DNA of 63,976 nt, filler included, from Basidiobolus ranarum (GCA_040143965.1; 3 parts of 3 records of this genome joined end to end with filler, not necessarily neighbours in it), one strand, 5' to 3'; counted from the whole stretch's first letter, positions 26,146-39,791 are shown. The notes: generated by a model from the sequence alone, not told the origin. Made by a program: numbers and translations.

Positions 26146-27849
26146 TTACGCAGTAACTTTAGGCTTCGATGTAGTAGGACCAGCTCTAAACTCCGAAGAA
26201 TTCTGTCGGCGATTCTCTGACTTGAAAAATACCAGCCCTAAAAGGCAGACTACGCCCACTAACACTGCGGAAAAGATCAAAGCGTTTCGCATACTATATG
26301 GTGGATGGGACTCGGGGCCTGCTCGGAGTGCATCCATAATGAACATGATAATGAAGCCGAATAATTGGGCCACCATCCATAAAATTCCACTACTAGTACC
26401 CTCAGCTACTGGATAAGTGGTTTCGACTCCTAATTCTAGACATACTGGAAGTCCAGCAAACGCTAGCATTCCGATGGCTCCAAAGTTGACACAAATCCCG
26501 GCATAATCATGCTCTCTAACTGGTTGGTAATTGTCGTCAAAAGCTTGAACCTGGTTTTAGATAGAAGGAAAAGCTTTACTTACTAGTAAAGATCAGTGCA
26601 ATCAAACATAATGGAAGCAGAGTAATCAACATCCGGAATACACCCAAAAAGTTTCTGCTTCTATCAAGGTAGAAGCCACAGATACCTATAGATACTCTAT
26701 TAGTAACCACATCAAAGATGTTGATAAATATACGTAATAATCTTACCTCCGCCAACTAAACCAGCAACGATTAGAACAACTCCGAATATACTTCCATCGT
26801 TATCTGAATATCCAAACGGGTTTATGAACTCTGAGAGTAACGTCACAATATCATTAAACATTCCAACAACCACTCCAAAGATCAAAGTTAAAATCAAAAA
26901 GTGAGGAAGTTTCAAGCATGCTTTTAACCCTGGTATAAAAGGTTCTGAAGGTTCTGAAGCGGTCAATGAAGGTGGTGAGGCGGGTCGCTTAGGTATAATT
27001 AACGTGGGTATGGTTACAGCTGTAGTGAATATAGCAGCGGCAAGAAGCTGAAATTATAAAGTTAATACAGAGAGCTGAATGAACAGTAACAGACACGTCA
27101 CATACTGCGTTGGGAAATTCATTTGGTGTGGTGCATACTGAGGTCGCCAGGACCATCCCAACAGCTGAACCTAAAGGATTGGCTATTTCGCAAGTGTTAA
27201 TCGAGTCTTCAATTTACAGGGTAGCTGATATATATTATTATCAGAGAAGCATATAAACAAACCTAAAGAAGCAACAGTGTTTGCAAGTGCACGCTCGTTG
27301 TCTGCAAACCACACGGCAGCCATTTTAGTAGGAGCATTCAGAACAAAAGTCTGAGCAGCACCAGCCATTATCTAGTAAACAAGATATTAGCATTTATTGA
27401 ATGATTTTTTATGTAACGTGACTTTCATATACCTGACCCAGAAATGCAAGAGCAATCTTACCACCACTGTGTTCCTCGCCGATAAATGTTCCAAAATATC
27501 TTATCCAGGCACCTAGGATTTGAAGAAACCCACCTATGAGCAAGGCTGTTTTAAGACCTTTCTCATCAAGTACCCAACTACTCAGTAAAGAAAAGAAGAC
27601 AAACATGAGCATATACAAACTACTCAAAAGGTTGATAACGGTCATAGGAACGTTGTAGTAGCTTTGCGCTTGTGTGGATACCGAAGAGAAAGTTACCCAT
27701 AGAACTGAAGCAGCAATATTAAGTAGAAAAACTGAAAACACAACCAAGAATCTAATTTTATAGACTCGGAATTGTGTTGGTTCAGCGTCTTTTAAAGAAG
27801 CAAGCTCTTCGGCAAGAGATCTTTCTTCAGGGTGTTTTTCCTCGACCAT
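26146..27849 (-). CDS. MFS transporter, FLVCR/SLC49-like, multi-exon
   Basis: FRVYKIRFLVV, AAQTFVLNAPTKMAAVWFADNERALAN and LPVCLELGVETTYPVAEGTSSG are typical of the FLVCR family; many TM segments. Confidence 0.88.
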
Positions 27850-28260
27850 TGTGAAAGATACTACTATCTCAGACCACGGGCTTATAAAGAAAAATCTTCA
27901 AGGGTTCAATAGAAATGGAAGAAGGAGCTGTCTAGCCTCAAAAAACAAAAGCCTAGTGTTGTTTGTACGGTTGTCCCATATTGTGAAAATCGAAATTCCC
28001 TTTCTAAATCACATCCAGATCCATTCAAGAAGTTTCCGATAAGGTGATACCAAATCAGAGACATTTCGTATAAAGCTAGACTCTGGAGTTACTGAGTTGA
28101 TTTCTTTCTCTACAGCTTTGCCTTGAGATTTGATGTTTATGTTTAAGCATATTGGAGCCCTTGATATTGATTAAATTTCAAGGTTCAATTAAACTTAAGT
28201 GATTTAAGAAGCAATTGGCTCATGCTCAGGGTCATGGCATGTGGCAAACATGCTTATTCT

Positions 28261-28310
28261 ATTTATATTCCGATCTATACCTCTTGATTTATATTCCGAT
28301 TTATACATCT
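28261..28310. repeat. Short tandem duplication of a roughly 26-bp unit
   Basis: ATTTATATTCCGATCTATACCTCT is followed by ATTTATATTCCGATTTATACATCT. Confidence 0.7.
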
Positions 28311-29204
28311 AAATCTTGGCATTTTACTGAATAAGACAGATTAGCCTTAAGCGCATTTATCCACATGACTCCCATGTTCTCAGCCCAGCCCTAACCCTAA
28401 ATTAGACAATGAGATAAGTGGTAAGTTCACTCTTGTATGAGCTTAGGTTTAGTTCTGATTCTTGAATGGAACTAAGGCTAAGGGTTCCGGATTCGGGGTT
28501 CGGGATTCTGACAATGGCGGTTGCAGATTCGCACTTGGAATGAGAGGATGATAATGGTTATAAGCACAGTAGCACATGAGCATAATTGCATTTGAAGTAA
28601 TGGTCAAAGTAATGATCAATTGGTGCATAACCCGACATGGATATGCCATCCAAGACTGTAGTGACAGCTCTATGATGTGTAATGCCAACTACAAACCCAC
28701 CCTTACCTAACTCCAACGTTATCATAGAAAAGGTTATTTTCATCCATGAATTTCTAATCGCAATCCCCATAAAGAAATCCATCATAACTGAGCCAATAGC
28801 GCTGCCTTATATCCACCTTACTATCCATTTCTTTAAGTAAATCCCTAGCCTTTCTTAATAACTCCATTAATTTAGCAAATTTGATGGGGAGCGCAAAAAC
28901 GTACTATAGAAATTCCCTAACTAGCCTCCCTTTTACATTCAACTCTCCCTGGTCACTTAATCCTCCCTGTCCTCCCCTCAACTCCCCATTGCCCCCGTCT
29001 ATCTTTGGTTTTAATAAACCGCGATTTTCTTGTTTGCTTTACTTTCTTTACCCATATTAGAGATTGTATCCATCTCCTTTACATACTATTTTCATCTCGA
29101 AGGTTTTGAAAGTTTCCCGTCCTTTCCCTGTCCACCTTTTCTGTGACCAGTACTTTAGCGCCTTTTCAAACTCTATCTATACTTTATAGTCGTAAGCGAT
29201 AAAT

Positions 29205-30737
29205 ATGGGCTTTCTATTTTCTTCGTTGAGAGGGGCGAATAATAGTACTACTAACAGTCCCAATACTTGCAACACTGAGAATGCTCCAGAGTTCTACATA
29301 AACTTTGAAAGTATGTATTATTTTAGATACAAAGGTTTCATCCGGTTTAGTGTCAACGGAGGATAGTACAAATTGGAGGTCTAACGGTATCAATTTTGGA
29401 TTTATTTTTAGACCCAGTTCCGTCTTCAGATGAAGCACAAGTTTATGAACGTGTTTTGAGATTGTTACAACCTACAACTTCCATTATAGCTTCGCTTCGT
29501 CAATATAAAGGTTGTGCGGATGTGATTCGACAGGTACGTTTGGCTTTGGTACAATTGAGAATAGTTATGCCCTGAGACTGACTTTTATGGTAGGCTATAT
29601 CTACACCAAATCCGGAAACTGAGCAAGCAGCGTGGAGGGAATTGACACCTGCCGTTGCCGATCTCAAGCGGTTTTATGAATTTGCTGCTGTATTAGGTAT
29701 GCTTTGGTTGGTCATCTGGTTGGAATGTCGTTACTGATGTGAATATATGTAATTTTGGAATTCAGAGGAAGCTGTTCCTGAGCTTTTGCAGCCATTATGT
29801 CAAGGGAATGCCAATCAAAACATTGACAAATATCAAGCGTTGGCAAAACTCTTTGCTGATATTCTTGACTTTGTCTTTGAATTTGACGAGTTGAAGGTAA
29901 GCAATTATATCTGGTTGATGTCATATATGTGAACTAACTGGTATATATACCACGCCGCTTATAGATGGCTAATCCAGCTATTCAGAATGATTTCTCATAC
30001 TATCGCCGCTCTTTGAGTCGTTTCAAGATGACCAACTCCGTAAGATTGAATAGATATGTTGCATATTCGAGAACATGCCATTCTAACAATTCACATGATA
30101 TTAGACACAAGCAAGCGAGTCAGTTGTGCAAGATGAGCTTGCCAATAGGATGTCTTTATTCTATGCTTATCATACTCCAATGCTAAAGACAGTCATTGAA
30201 GCCGTAGCAGAGTTTGTAAACAAGGTTTGTGGAAGTCTTTGTATTCATCACCTCCGTCTTAAGTTTAATACTAAGGCATGAATATACAGCAAAACGAAGG
30301 TAAAAACGTCGCCGAATGTTTATCTGTGATCACACTCGCCTGCTTCAGCGCTGTCACCAAACAGGGGTATGTTGTCGATTTGATTAACTTTTATCTCATT
30401 CGGCTTAGGACTAACTGCTCTGATAGGTCAAAATCACCCGAATTTAATGATTTCTGTCAAAGAGTAATGGTCGCGTGTACCGTTTTGTACGATCATATCC
30501 ACCCAAGCGGTGTGTTCAATAGGAACTCTACTATCAACGTAAGTTCATGGCCTCCAGGTTAATCTTTCTCTACTTGCACTAATGATTTGGGTTATTTAGG
30601 TCCGTAACGTCATTAGAGCTGTTCAAACCCAAGGAGCTAACTGTAAGGACACTCTTCTTTGTGCCTTGCGTTTTAACAGTAAGCATTTGAATGATGAGGA
30701 CACCCCCAAGCAAATCAAAGCTATGCTCAACGAGTAG
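29205..30737 (+). CDS. CYRI: CYRI/FAM49 (CYFIP-related Rac1 interactor) homolog, about 9 exons
   Basis: MG start, [66 protein letters not shown] and [15 protein letters not shown] are FAM49 motifs. Confidence 0.93.
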
Positions 30738-31640
30738 AGTACTCGCATCGCGCGGCCAATATGACGACGATTGCGTACGCAGCAACAATTTCAACATCTT
30801 TAGTGGCTACCTATATTCCCTTCAATCTTGGCATTTTAATATTTTTTTGATATATCTTTTTACGCATCCCTTTGACTGGTATAATTCTACTTTAATTGCT
30901 TAAATAGTCCACGCTCTTATTTTCCTGTTGATTACGTGAAAATTGAAATGGATCCACACCTCATTCTAATCTTTATTTAGCCAAAAGCGAACATCCTGGT
31001 GATGGTCTACTGTCAACCGTTGGCTTGCTTGAGTTTTTTATTACCGTATATCCACACCGCACCTATTTCTCTTTTTTATCTCTTTGTTATTGCGTATTCT
31101 TTCACCGCCTGATCGTTTTGTCTTTCTGAGAGCATTCTATTGTTGTAACTTCCCTAATCTTGGCCGCGGATGTGGTACTAGTATTCATCTTTTCATTGCC
31201 TTTCTTTTATCGTAGTATTTATTCATTCTACAACTCACTATTGTTATTAATTCATGTACTTTGTCCATCCAAGTTTATTGGTAACTTCTGATTATTATCA
31301 TACAATGCATTTTAAACTTACTTGTGCCAATACCGTATACATATATTATCCATCAACGATGCAACCTATTGTAGAGTTTATGCTGTGTTCTTGTGTATTT
31401 TCTCGAATGCCGTAAATTACTTGTGTTTATAGTGTTGCGGCATGTAGAAACCAATCGCTCAGGCTTCTCAATCATCTGAATAAAATCGGTGATAAGAAAA
31501 AAATTCACACAATTTATGATACTGGATGTTTGATAATTAAGGAAAGTAAAGCAGTCAAAATTTTAGTTGGAGTGTTCCAGACCTTTGGTGGATGATATCT
31601 ACCGAGAAATTTTGCGCGTGAACCTATCGTCTACTCCAAC

Positions 31641-33074
31641 ATGTCTTTCTGTAAAGGTATAGCGCAGACCTGGGGCAGAGTTAACAAGAATGGGCTCTCA
31701 GCTCTCTCTAGATTCAGTCATTCTACTAAAATTACGAAAGATATTTTTCCTGTTGTATTCTACTCGTCAAGAAATACTTTAAGGTCCTTCTCAAACCAAC
31801 ACCAACCTATTGTGCCGGGTTTGATAGGTGGTCTTCGCAATTTCTCCCTCTATACCACTCAACAAAAAAAAGCTCATGTTACCCCTCCCGACGAAACTAA
31901 TTGGAGCTGGAAAACCTTCTCTTTTTACCAATTTGTTCCACTAGAAGAGAAGTCACTTCACAGTTTCAGACTGAGCTTATTAAAGGACCTTGAAGCTATC
32001 AACGTTGTAGGAAGAATATATATTGCTACGGAAGGTATTAATGCCCAGGTTTCATGTCCGGAACACCAAATCGAGGCTATGAGAAAATACATAGACAGTC
32101 TACCTTATTTCAATAATCTGGAATTTAATTATTCTACTCTCCATGTAAAAGCATTCAAGAAGCTCCATGTTCGTGTTCGTCATCAGGTAGATAATTATAT
32201 ATACCATAACTATGTCTTCGAACTTGAGAAATTAATCCTTGTATATTTATATAGGTTGTAGCCGATGGTTTGGATCCATCTACTTATGACTTGACTCAGC
32301 AACCTAATTATCTGACCCCTGAAGAGTGGCATGATGCGTTGAGTAAAGATGAGAAACCTCCACTCTTGATCGATATGAGAAATATCTATGAGGCGTAAGA
32401 ATATATGCATATATGCACATATAGTGTTGAATGCTAACTATTTTAATGAATTAACAGTGAAATAGGAAAATTCGTAAACTCCATTTGCCCCGATGTTGAT
32501 ACCTTTCGGGATGAAATCAAAGTTATGAAGGAGCTTTGCGAAGGCAAAAAAGAGGAACCAATCTACATGTACTGCACTGGAGGAATTAGATGTTCCAAAG
32601 CTGGCGCGATACTCGCTAGTGATGGGTTCAAAAATGTTAATATGGTGAGTCTAAGTGTATACATCTCTTGATTTGTGTACCCCTAGTAACTCTTAAATCC
32701 AGCTCAAAGGAGGTGTTACAGCCTACGGTCGTTACATCAAAGAGACCAAACGACCCTCTTTGTTCATAGGAAAGAATTTCACTTTCGATAAAAGACTTGG
32801 TGAGCCCATTACTGACGATGTTATCGGACATTGTCATCAATGTGATGCTCCAGCTGATGTGTTCACCAATTGCCACAATAAGATTTGTAATTTGCTCTTC
32901 GTACAATGCCCTAATTGCGCAGCAAAATACAAGCATACCTGTGGATCTAGCCTTTGTATTGAAAACATTGAAACCGGCGAAGGAAGAATCAATTCCAAGA
33001 AACAACCTACTATTCTTGACCATACAAAGAGAGTCCGCGGGAAAAAATATATTTCTGAACTGAATCTCTCTTGA
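31641..33074 (+). CDS. UPF0176/TrhO (YceA)-family rhodanese protein (tRNA U34 hydroxylase-like, TSTD2-like) with a probable mitochondrial presequence, 4 exons
   Basis: GRIYIATEGINAQ, DMRNIYEAEIGKF, MYCTGGIRCSKA, LKGGVTAY, FIGKNFTFDKRL and a C-terminal Cys cluster; the N-terminus is Arg/Ser-rich and acid-poor. Confidence 0.9.
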
Positions 33075-33415
33075 TTCCATTCAAATGTACTTTAATATTA
33101 ATAAATACCCAACAGATGAGAATCCATGTGTGGATCATCTCGAAAAATTCTTTGGACAACTATGAATGAGACTGCTGCCAAAGCTGAGTTATTTACTTCC
33201 TATTCTAGAATCATTGATATATGATGTTGCTTTTTAACATACTGGTGTTGTGGATGTTGTTCAGGAACCAGAGATCATCACGTCACATGATTTGATTGAT
33301 TCTCATATTATGAGCTAGACAACAAACCACCCAAAGACACGATGAATGAATGCATGTATTTTAGTAGCTTATAAACTGAATAATATAAAGACTCGACGTC
33401 AGTTTAATAGAAGAA

Positions 33416-34124
33416 ATGAGTGACATAGATTCAGAAATTTTTGCACAGGAACAAGTATGTGCCTAACCTAATAGTCACTCCGTTCATTTGCTTAGAATAA
33501 AGTAGCTTACAGCTCTTTCAATTCTAGAGACTTAAAGCTGCCATTTGGTTTTCTGTCAATCAAATATGTAAGGAAGAAGGTAAGGTTATTTTGAGGTTTG
33601 AACTGTAGCTTTTAGATTAATCCTTCTTCTCTCAGAGAGCTCACTTGGTATCAGTATTACACCGCAATTTATTGCTGCTTTAACTGAGATGGTATACAAA
33701 GAAGCTGGTACATATTCCTTTTGTTTTCACTTTGAATCAAGTGCGCCAAGTATTCATTTTTTATGACCAGAAACTGTTGGTACGGATTTGGAGCACTTTG
33801 CAAAGTTTGTGACCTTGTTATTATTGGCTTATTTTCACTGTCACTTATCGTTATATTCTTTAGACATGCAAAACGCTCAGTAATATCTCCTGACGATGTT
33901 AAGGTATTGAATATCAAGAATTTTTTCAGAATACATCGAGCTAATCCGAGTAACTTTGTTGTAGCTTTGTGCAAGGAGAAACGATAGCCTGGTGTGTATC
34001 TATAATTTGGCTTCATATGTATTATATCCTAAAAATTTCATTCAATTAGTATGAGCTACTTGGTGACTCTGCTGAACGGATTGGTGACAAATCGGCTAAA
34101 GCTGTACGAAAGCGTAAAAAATAG
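33416..34124 (+). CDS. MHF1: CENP-S/MHF1 histone-fold protein, 7 very short exons (absent from the ORF track)
   Basis: Spliced: MSDIDSEIFAQEQ|RLKAAIWFSVNQICKEE|ESSLGISITPQFIAALTEMVYKEA|ETVGTDLEHFAK|HAKRSVISPDDVK|LCARRNDSL|YELL...KRKK*. Confidence 0.92.
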
Positions 34125-34730
34125 TCCTCGAGACTGTACGTTGTTTACTTTCTTTCAAGTCTCATACCAGGTCATATAGACTAGAGTGATCTTCAATCAC
34201 TACAATCATTTCCTTACTGTATCTAATGTAACAATTGAATAAATAAGTACTTTCGACAGACCTTTAAATATGAGTGAATTTTGAGATATTTTAGATTCAT
34301 TCGTTATTTGTTGAATTGTTCCTTCCAAAGCAACCTCTCTATATTCTATTTATAAAAGAACGATTCTCTTTCAACAATACCACGACCATGCCAATCGCGA
34401 TGAAAAGAGCTTCCACAGCTCATCAAAGTTACCATGTTGGAGGAATTATATGCTAATAATGTGATGTCGCAACAAGTGCTAGTGTGTGATTTCGTTAGCC
34501 TTGGCTTATTAATGGATAGAAATCTTAATACAATGAATTAAATGGGATTACGAGTTACATAGCATGAGATAAATTAGTGCAATCAACACGATAATATGAC
34601 AATTCATTCCATAAACCAATCAATTTACCAATTCGGTGGCTTCAGCTAGCTGTTAATTATTCAAAGAATATCTGCAAGCCTTACTAAATAAGCATATATT
34701 TGGACACCAAGTCCAATTCTACTTGAAAGT

Positions 34731-37700
34731 ATGGACGTGAATAGAGTATCCGTTACATGTAAGTGACTTCAACTAATTGCTCAACCAATGCATTACTATG
34801 ATGTTAAAGTACCCTGTTTGTTGAACTAATTGACGACTCTTTCCAATACAAAAGACTGTGATCTTTATAATATATGGCCACAAATAAAAGAAGAATTACT
34901 TGCCTACCTGCCTCTAAAATCCCTGAATTGGAAGCCTGGCTCAGATGTTAACCATGTGATCAATACTTTACCAGTAGAATTGGTTGAGTATAATCCCAGT
35001 ACTGCTGGAGCACCAACTAACGTCCCAGTCCGACTTAGTCAAGAACCTTACTTAAATTTATTTTTCGTGAATTGTGATGTGAGTCCCAATAGTAAGCAAG
35101 GTTCTTTTTATATAAACATTAACAACCTTTTTTCTAGGATCTGGAGCAATATCGTCAGAGCGTAAAGAAGCAAATAAAGGATTGGCATTCCGTGGTTTCT
35201 ACCAAAAAAGACCAAGAATGGCTTATTGTTTATGTTGCAAAGCAGGAGCTTGCGCGTAATGTGTTTCTCAACATAAAGGGCACTGTCTACGATAGAATAC
35301 GGGCTGATTTCAACACCAAGAAGGATAGGTAATCTCGTTAAAAATCCTTGACTAACTTTGAGGCCAAATGATTAATACTAGCCTCTATTTTATCAGATGC
35401 TCTATTCTAAGACCTCACGATCACGAGTCCAAGACCGAGCTTTGGCAAGATTTCATCTCCAAAGTTAAGGATGGGATCATTACCAGCTTTGAGTATCATG
35501 TTGCTCAATATGAAGAGCATATTCGAAGAATGGATTCCCAACGTCAAATGCCCGGTTGGAACTATTGTACTTTTTTCCTGATGAAGGTGATATAAACCAT
35601 GTGATTTCCAACACTAGCCATACTAATGGCTTATCGCACAACTCTAGGAAAGTCTTGCACAATCTTACGAAATGATGAATCTGTTTGATCAAGCTTTGAA
35701 ACAATATGACGAGTTAGAAGCGTCCTTCTTCCAAGTGCTGAAAGGTAGTGTGAATTCCTCATTGTAACGCTTACAAATCAACTAAACGTTTTGCCAAATA
35801 GATAAGGCATTGACGTGGTTCAAAAACTTTGGAGGCTTAGATCCTGGGGATGATAGTGCGGATATTCTCGACATCAATCGTAAATCCTATAGAGATGCGA
35901 TCCTACAAAATGATATTTCTGTGTTTGATTTTCGGATTTACCTCTTCGCAAGGCAATGTCGACTTCTCTTTTTGATTGGAGAGCCAACTGAAGTTTGCGA
36001 CCGTGCGTTGAAATTTGTTTCCACTTTTGTCCGAACGATCAGGGATTTCCAGGTGAGACTGCGGTGTTCCTTATGTTACTTTGCTAATGACTAATTATAA
36101 GCGGTATCATATAGAGTAGTTTCAGTACCAACTTTCTTGAAATCTGGACCTATTCATCGTGCATGAATGTTGTGGAAACCTGCGAAAAAGCTCATATTTC
36201 TTCACGACAAGACTCGGGATTTCACTCGCACTATGCCGCTGTTAAAGCTGAATTAGTGAGATGCGCACGTATCCAGGTAATGTTTAGAATCATGGAGGTG
36301 AGTAAGAAGAGCTCACTAACTCGAATGAATACCTCTAGTTAGATAAACTGGGCATTTTTTATGGTTACCTACCTTGTTCTCCACCATTTATTATGTCTTT
36401 GGAGAGCAATGTCCCGGAGCCCCAATATGAAATTGATCGTTCGCAGATGGAACAGCCCAAAGCCATGTATAATGAAGATCTCAAAAATGCCATCAGTGAT
36501 TCTCAAGCTTTCTATAGCCTCTACCTGGTAAAGATCAAGCCTATCATTATGTATTTCTTGGGTTCTCATAACCATTTATCAGGAATTGAGTGACAGAGCA
36601 ATCAAGTATTACGAGCTGAGCGGTCGTACTCGTTATATTTATCAGCTTCAAGGCGATATTGCTTCCTTGCATTTGTGAGTTACTTATACGTGTGTTTATC
36701 GATTCCACCTCCTCTAACATACTGATTTACGACTCTTGAAGCCATAATCAGCAATACGCCGAAGCCGGAGCAATATTGAAGCCTATCTGCGCGAAGTATA
36801 TTGAGACGGGCTGGTTTACGATCGAAAACCACTTAATGACTAAACTTGCTGAATCGCAGAAGCATTTACAACAGCATAGCCAATATCCTTAATGAATATA
36901 CCATGTTTCGAACTTCACTAAAATATCAAAATTATCCTTAACCTCACCTACGTATGCAGAATCCTGTCTCGTTCTCCTCACAACCACAAGATCCCTACTA
37001 AGTGAAGAGCAGATATTGCTGTATTCTCGTGAGTTGATTGAAGTGTCCAGTGTACTTGAGGACGGTTAGTGTTCCTTATCAAGATTTTTTCCAGTTCACT
37101 CAAGCTAAATTTTACAACATTTAGAAATTACTCGGAATTTCGCGCCTATATTTGATGTTTCTGTTCTAAGTAAAAAGGACACGCCTACAGAGTTAGCCAT
37201 TGAGATGCTTGTCAACAATTCTCTTCCTATGGTTAGTTTGTTTTACTCTCTCTAGCTATCTTTTCCTGCATTAAAGATCTTTTTATTTCTCAAGGAATTT
37301 ACTGCTTCTAAGCTTAGCTTAAAGCTTGCTGGGGATATTACCAATGAAATTGAATTCTACTGTGAAGATCAGCTGCTTAAACCTGGCATGAACACATGTC
37401 GATTGATATGCGAGGTAATAAGTTGCTTCAAGTTGATCTATTAATATGACAACCCTGTTGATATACTCTGTATTACACTTCAGACTTCTGCACCTGGAAA
37501 TTACGTTCTTGACAATATTCGCATGAATGTCGGAAAATTGGTGTTTACCCATTACTTGCTCAAAGAGACTAAGAAAAGAACCTTCCGAATCAACGAGCAT
37601 CCTTCCACTATCAAAATCCATGCATCCTTACCCAAGATTGGTAATGTCTCAAGTTGAAAATTCACCAGGGATGTTCTCACTAATAATCCCGTATTTGTAT

Positions 37701-39791
37701 TACAGTGCACATTGGAGAACAAGATACAATTCTTATTCAGCTTTTGACTCGCCAAGATTCCATCGAAAGTGGAGTGATTCGGGTGAAGAGTTTAACCGAT
37801 TTATTAACTTTAAAGCCATGTGACAGCGTCAGCAGTAAAGTATTATTGAACCAAGAAAGTAAGCCATTTAGATTGCCTGTATGTCACCATTGAAGCCCTT
37901 TTTTGTTAACCTTTAGTTTCAATTCCATGTGTCAGCATTCCTTGAGCCGATCACTCATGATGAAGAAAATTCAATCACTTTGGAACGTGAAGGAGAGGAT
38001 TACAAGCTCCCTTCTCTACAAGAGCAATCTTTGCTCAGATTTGCAGTACCCTGTGAAGAGTTCAATACAAACCATGGAAAGGTTGGCATTTCAGATTACA
38101 GACGGTTCAATGAATCTTCCAAGGAGTATTCTTACCTTTTTCTTGCATCGGATAGATTGGAGTTGTTGTTGAATATACGACTAAAAAGGGGCAAAATCGT
38201 ACCTTCTCTACAACGCAAGAAATTGACCTAGCCATTCCTTTATCTTGGTCCCATAAAGCCTATTTCCAAGAGAATTGGTAGAACATATAGATTAAATCTA
38301 TAACAAGCTTCATTCACTGAACCATCGTAGCCTTTTCTTCAAAGTCAATTTAGAATGCCATTCCTCAACACCGCTTCGAATTCATAGTGCTAACCTCGAT
38401 CCCCCATCAGAGTTTGAAATTGCCCAGCATACAAACCTGAATTGTTCAGAAACGGTAACTTAGCTCTCCCAAATCCATCACTTAAGAAACGAGAATTAAC
38501 CGGCTTGAAATACTTAGCTTTTATTCCCTCAACAAGAAATGTCCATACTCTACAAACTCAAGAAAGGGATAGGTTTGTCGTTAATTAAATCTACATCATC
38601 TTCGTCTCCTCTATTAACCATTCTATGATGTAGATTATGATTCACGAAAAACCAAACACGAATTTAACTTCCAGTTAACTTACTCAACGTTACAGGATGG
38701 TAAGTGAACAATATCGATTCATTGAGGAATCAGTTTGTTAACTCAATTTATCTTGGTAGAGATCGAATCGAATATCATCAACAAACTTCATGACCTTCTT
38801 GAGAAGGAGCAATTGAACCAGCATTTCTCATTCATAACTCCATACATCAAGCAACATATCAAGGAGAACGTGGATATCTTCAATTACGGGATGACCAACG
38901 TATTAGCTCTTGGTCCATTTGATATGGCCTCTCTAGAAAGGATGTTGATACACGATGAGGAAACTACTGCCAAGACTTTACTAGATATCATGACGCGATT
39001 CTTTGAAGTAAGCAAACTCCATTGATCAATCGCCTCCTTTACTCCAATTTCTCACTTGAATTCATTGAACTCTAGACTTACCAAAACGTTGATATGGAGG
39101 ACATGGAGTTTGATCCCAGTCCCTACCAACAAATACTGAATATTCCCATTAGTATACCCGTATGTGAGGTTGGTTAAATGATATGTTGAATCCAATGTCA
39201 ATAGGATATATGATTCTAATCTATGCATATTAGCTTTTATGTCTGGTGGAACTTCAACGTCTTTCAGAAGAATTCGTTAATATTGGAACTCCATGTCCTT
39301 TCAAGTTGCTTATAAAATTAGCGGATTATTGGAAGCCACGTAATGTGAAGATGCCAATTGAATTACAATATGACATTGGTATTGATGGAGAACAATGGTT
39401 ACTTTCTGGGAAGAAACGAGGTCATTTTAAGTTAGAGGTAAATTACCGGATAGAAGATAATTTCCATTATAGTTTGAACCGTGTTCGAAATTTAAGACTT
39501 TATTTATAGGCTGGTAAAACGGAAGAGATTCCTTTTATGCTTGTTCCGTTAAAGACAGGATTTCTTCCATATCCTACGATGTTTATTATCGCTAATGAAC
39601 TTGAACGAGTTGAATGTTGTTATATTAATGGTGGTAAACAATTGTTTGTCGTTCCTAAAGAAAATACAACTACTATCTTTTTGGAGAATCCTCGACCTAT
39701 TATTAATCATATGTGGAGAAGGGATTCGGTGGAAGCTGATCCTTCCGTTTATGGTTCTGAATCGGACTCTCCATCAGATCTCTCGGATTGA
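34731..39791 (+). CDS. TRS130: TRAPPII subunit Trs130/TRAPPC10, more than 20 exons including one AT-AC U12-type intron
   Basis: LPLKSLNWK, PYLNLFFVNCD, RQMPGWNYCTFFLMKESLA, ISVFDFRIYLFARQ, WLLSGKKRGHF and LVPLKTGFLPYP are TRAPPC10 motifs. Confidence 0.92.
36883..36951 (+). other. U12-type (minor spliceosome) AT-AC intron in TRS130
   Basis: 5' site ATATCCTT, branch site TCCTTAAC (36935-36942) and 3' AC. Removing it gives HS-Q-YAESCLVLL; retaining it gives an in-frame TAA. Confidence 0.92.

Noticed and set aside
33669-34016. ORF-track proteins of 115 aa (-) and 74 aa (+)
   Set aside because: They overlap the spliced MHF1 gene and read through its introns or its antisense strand.
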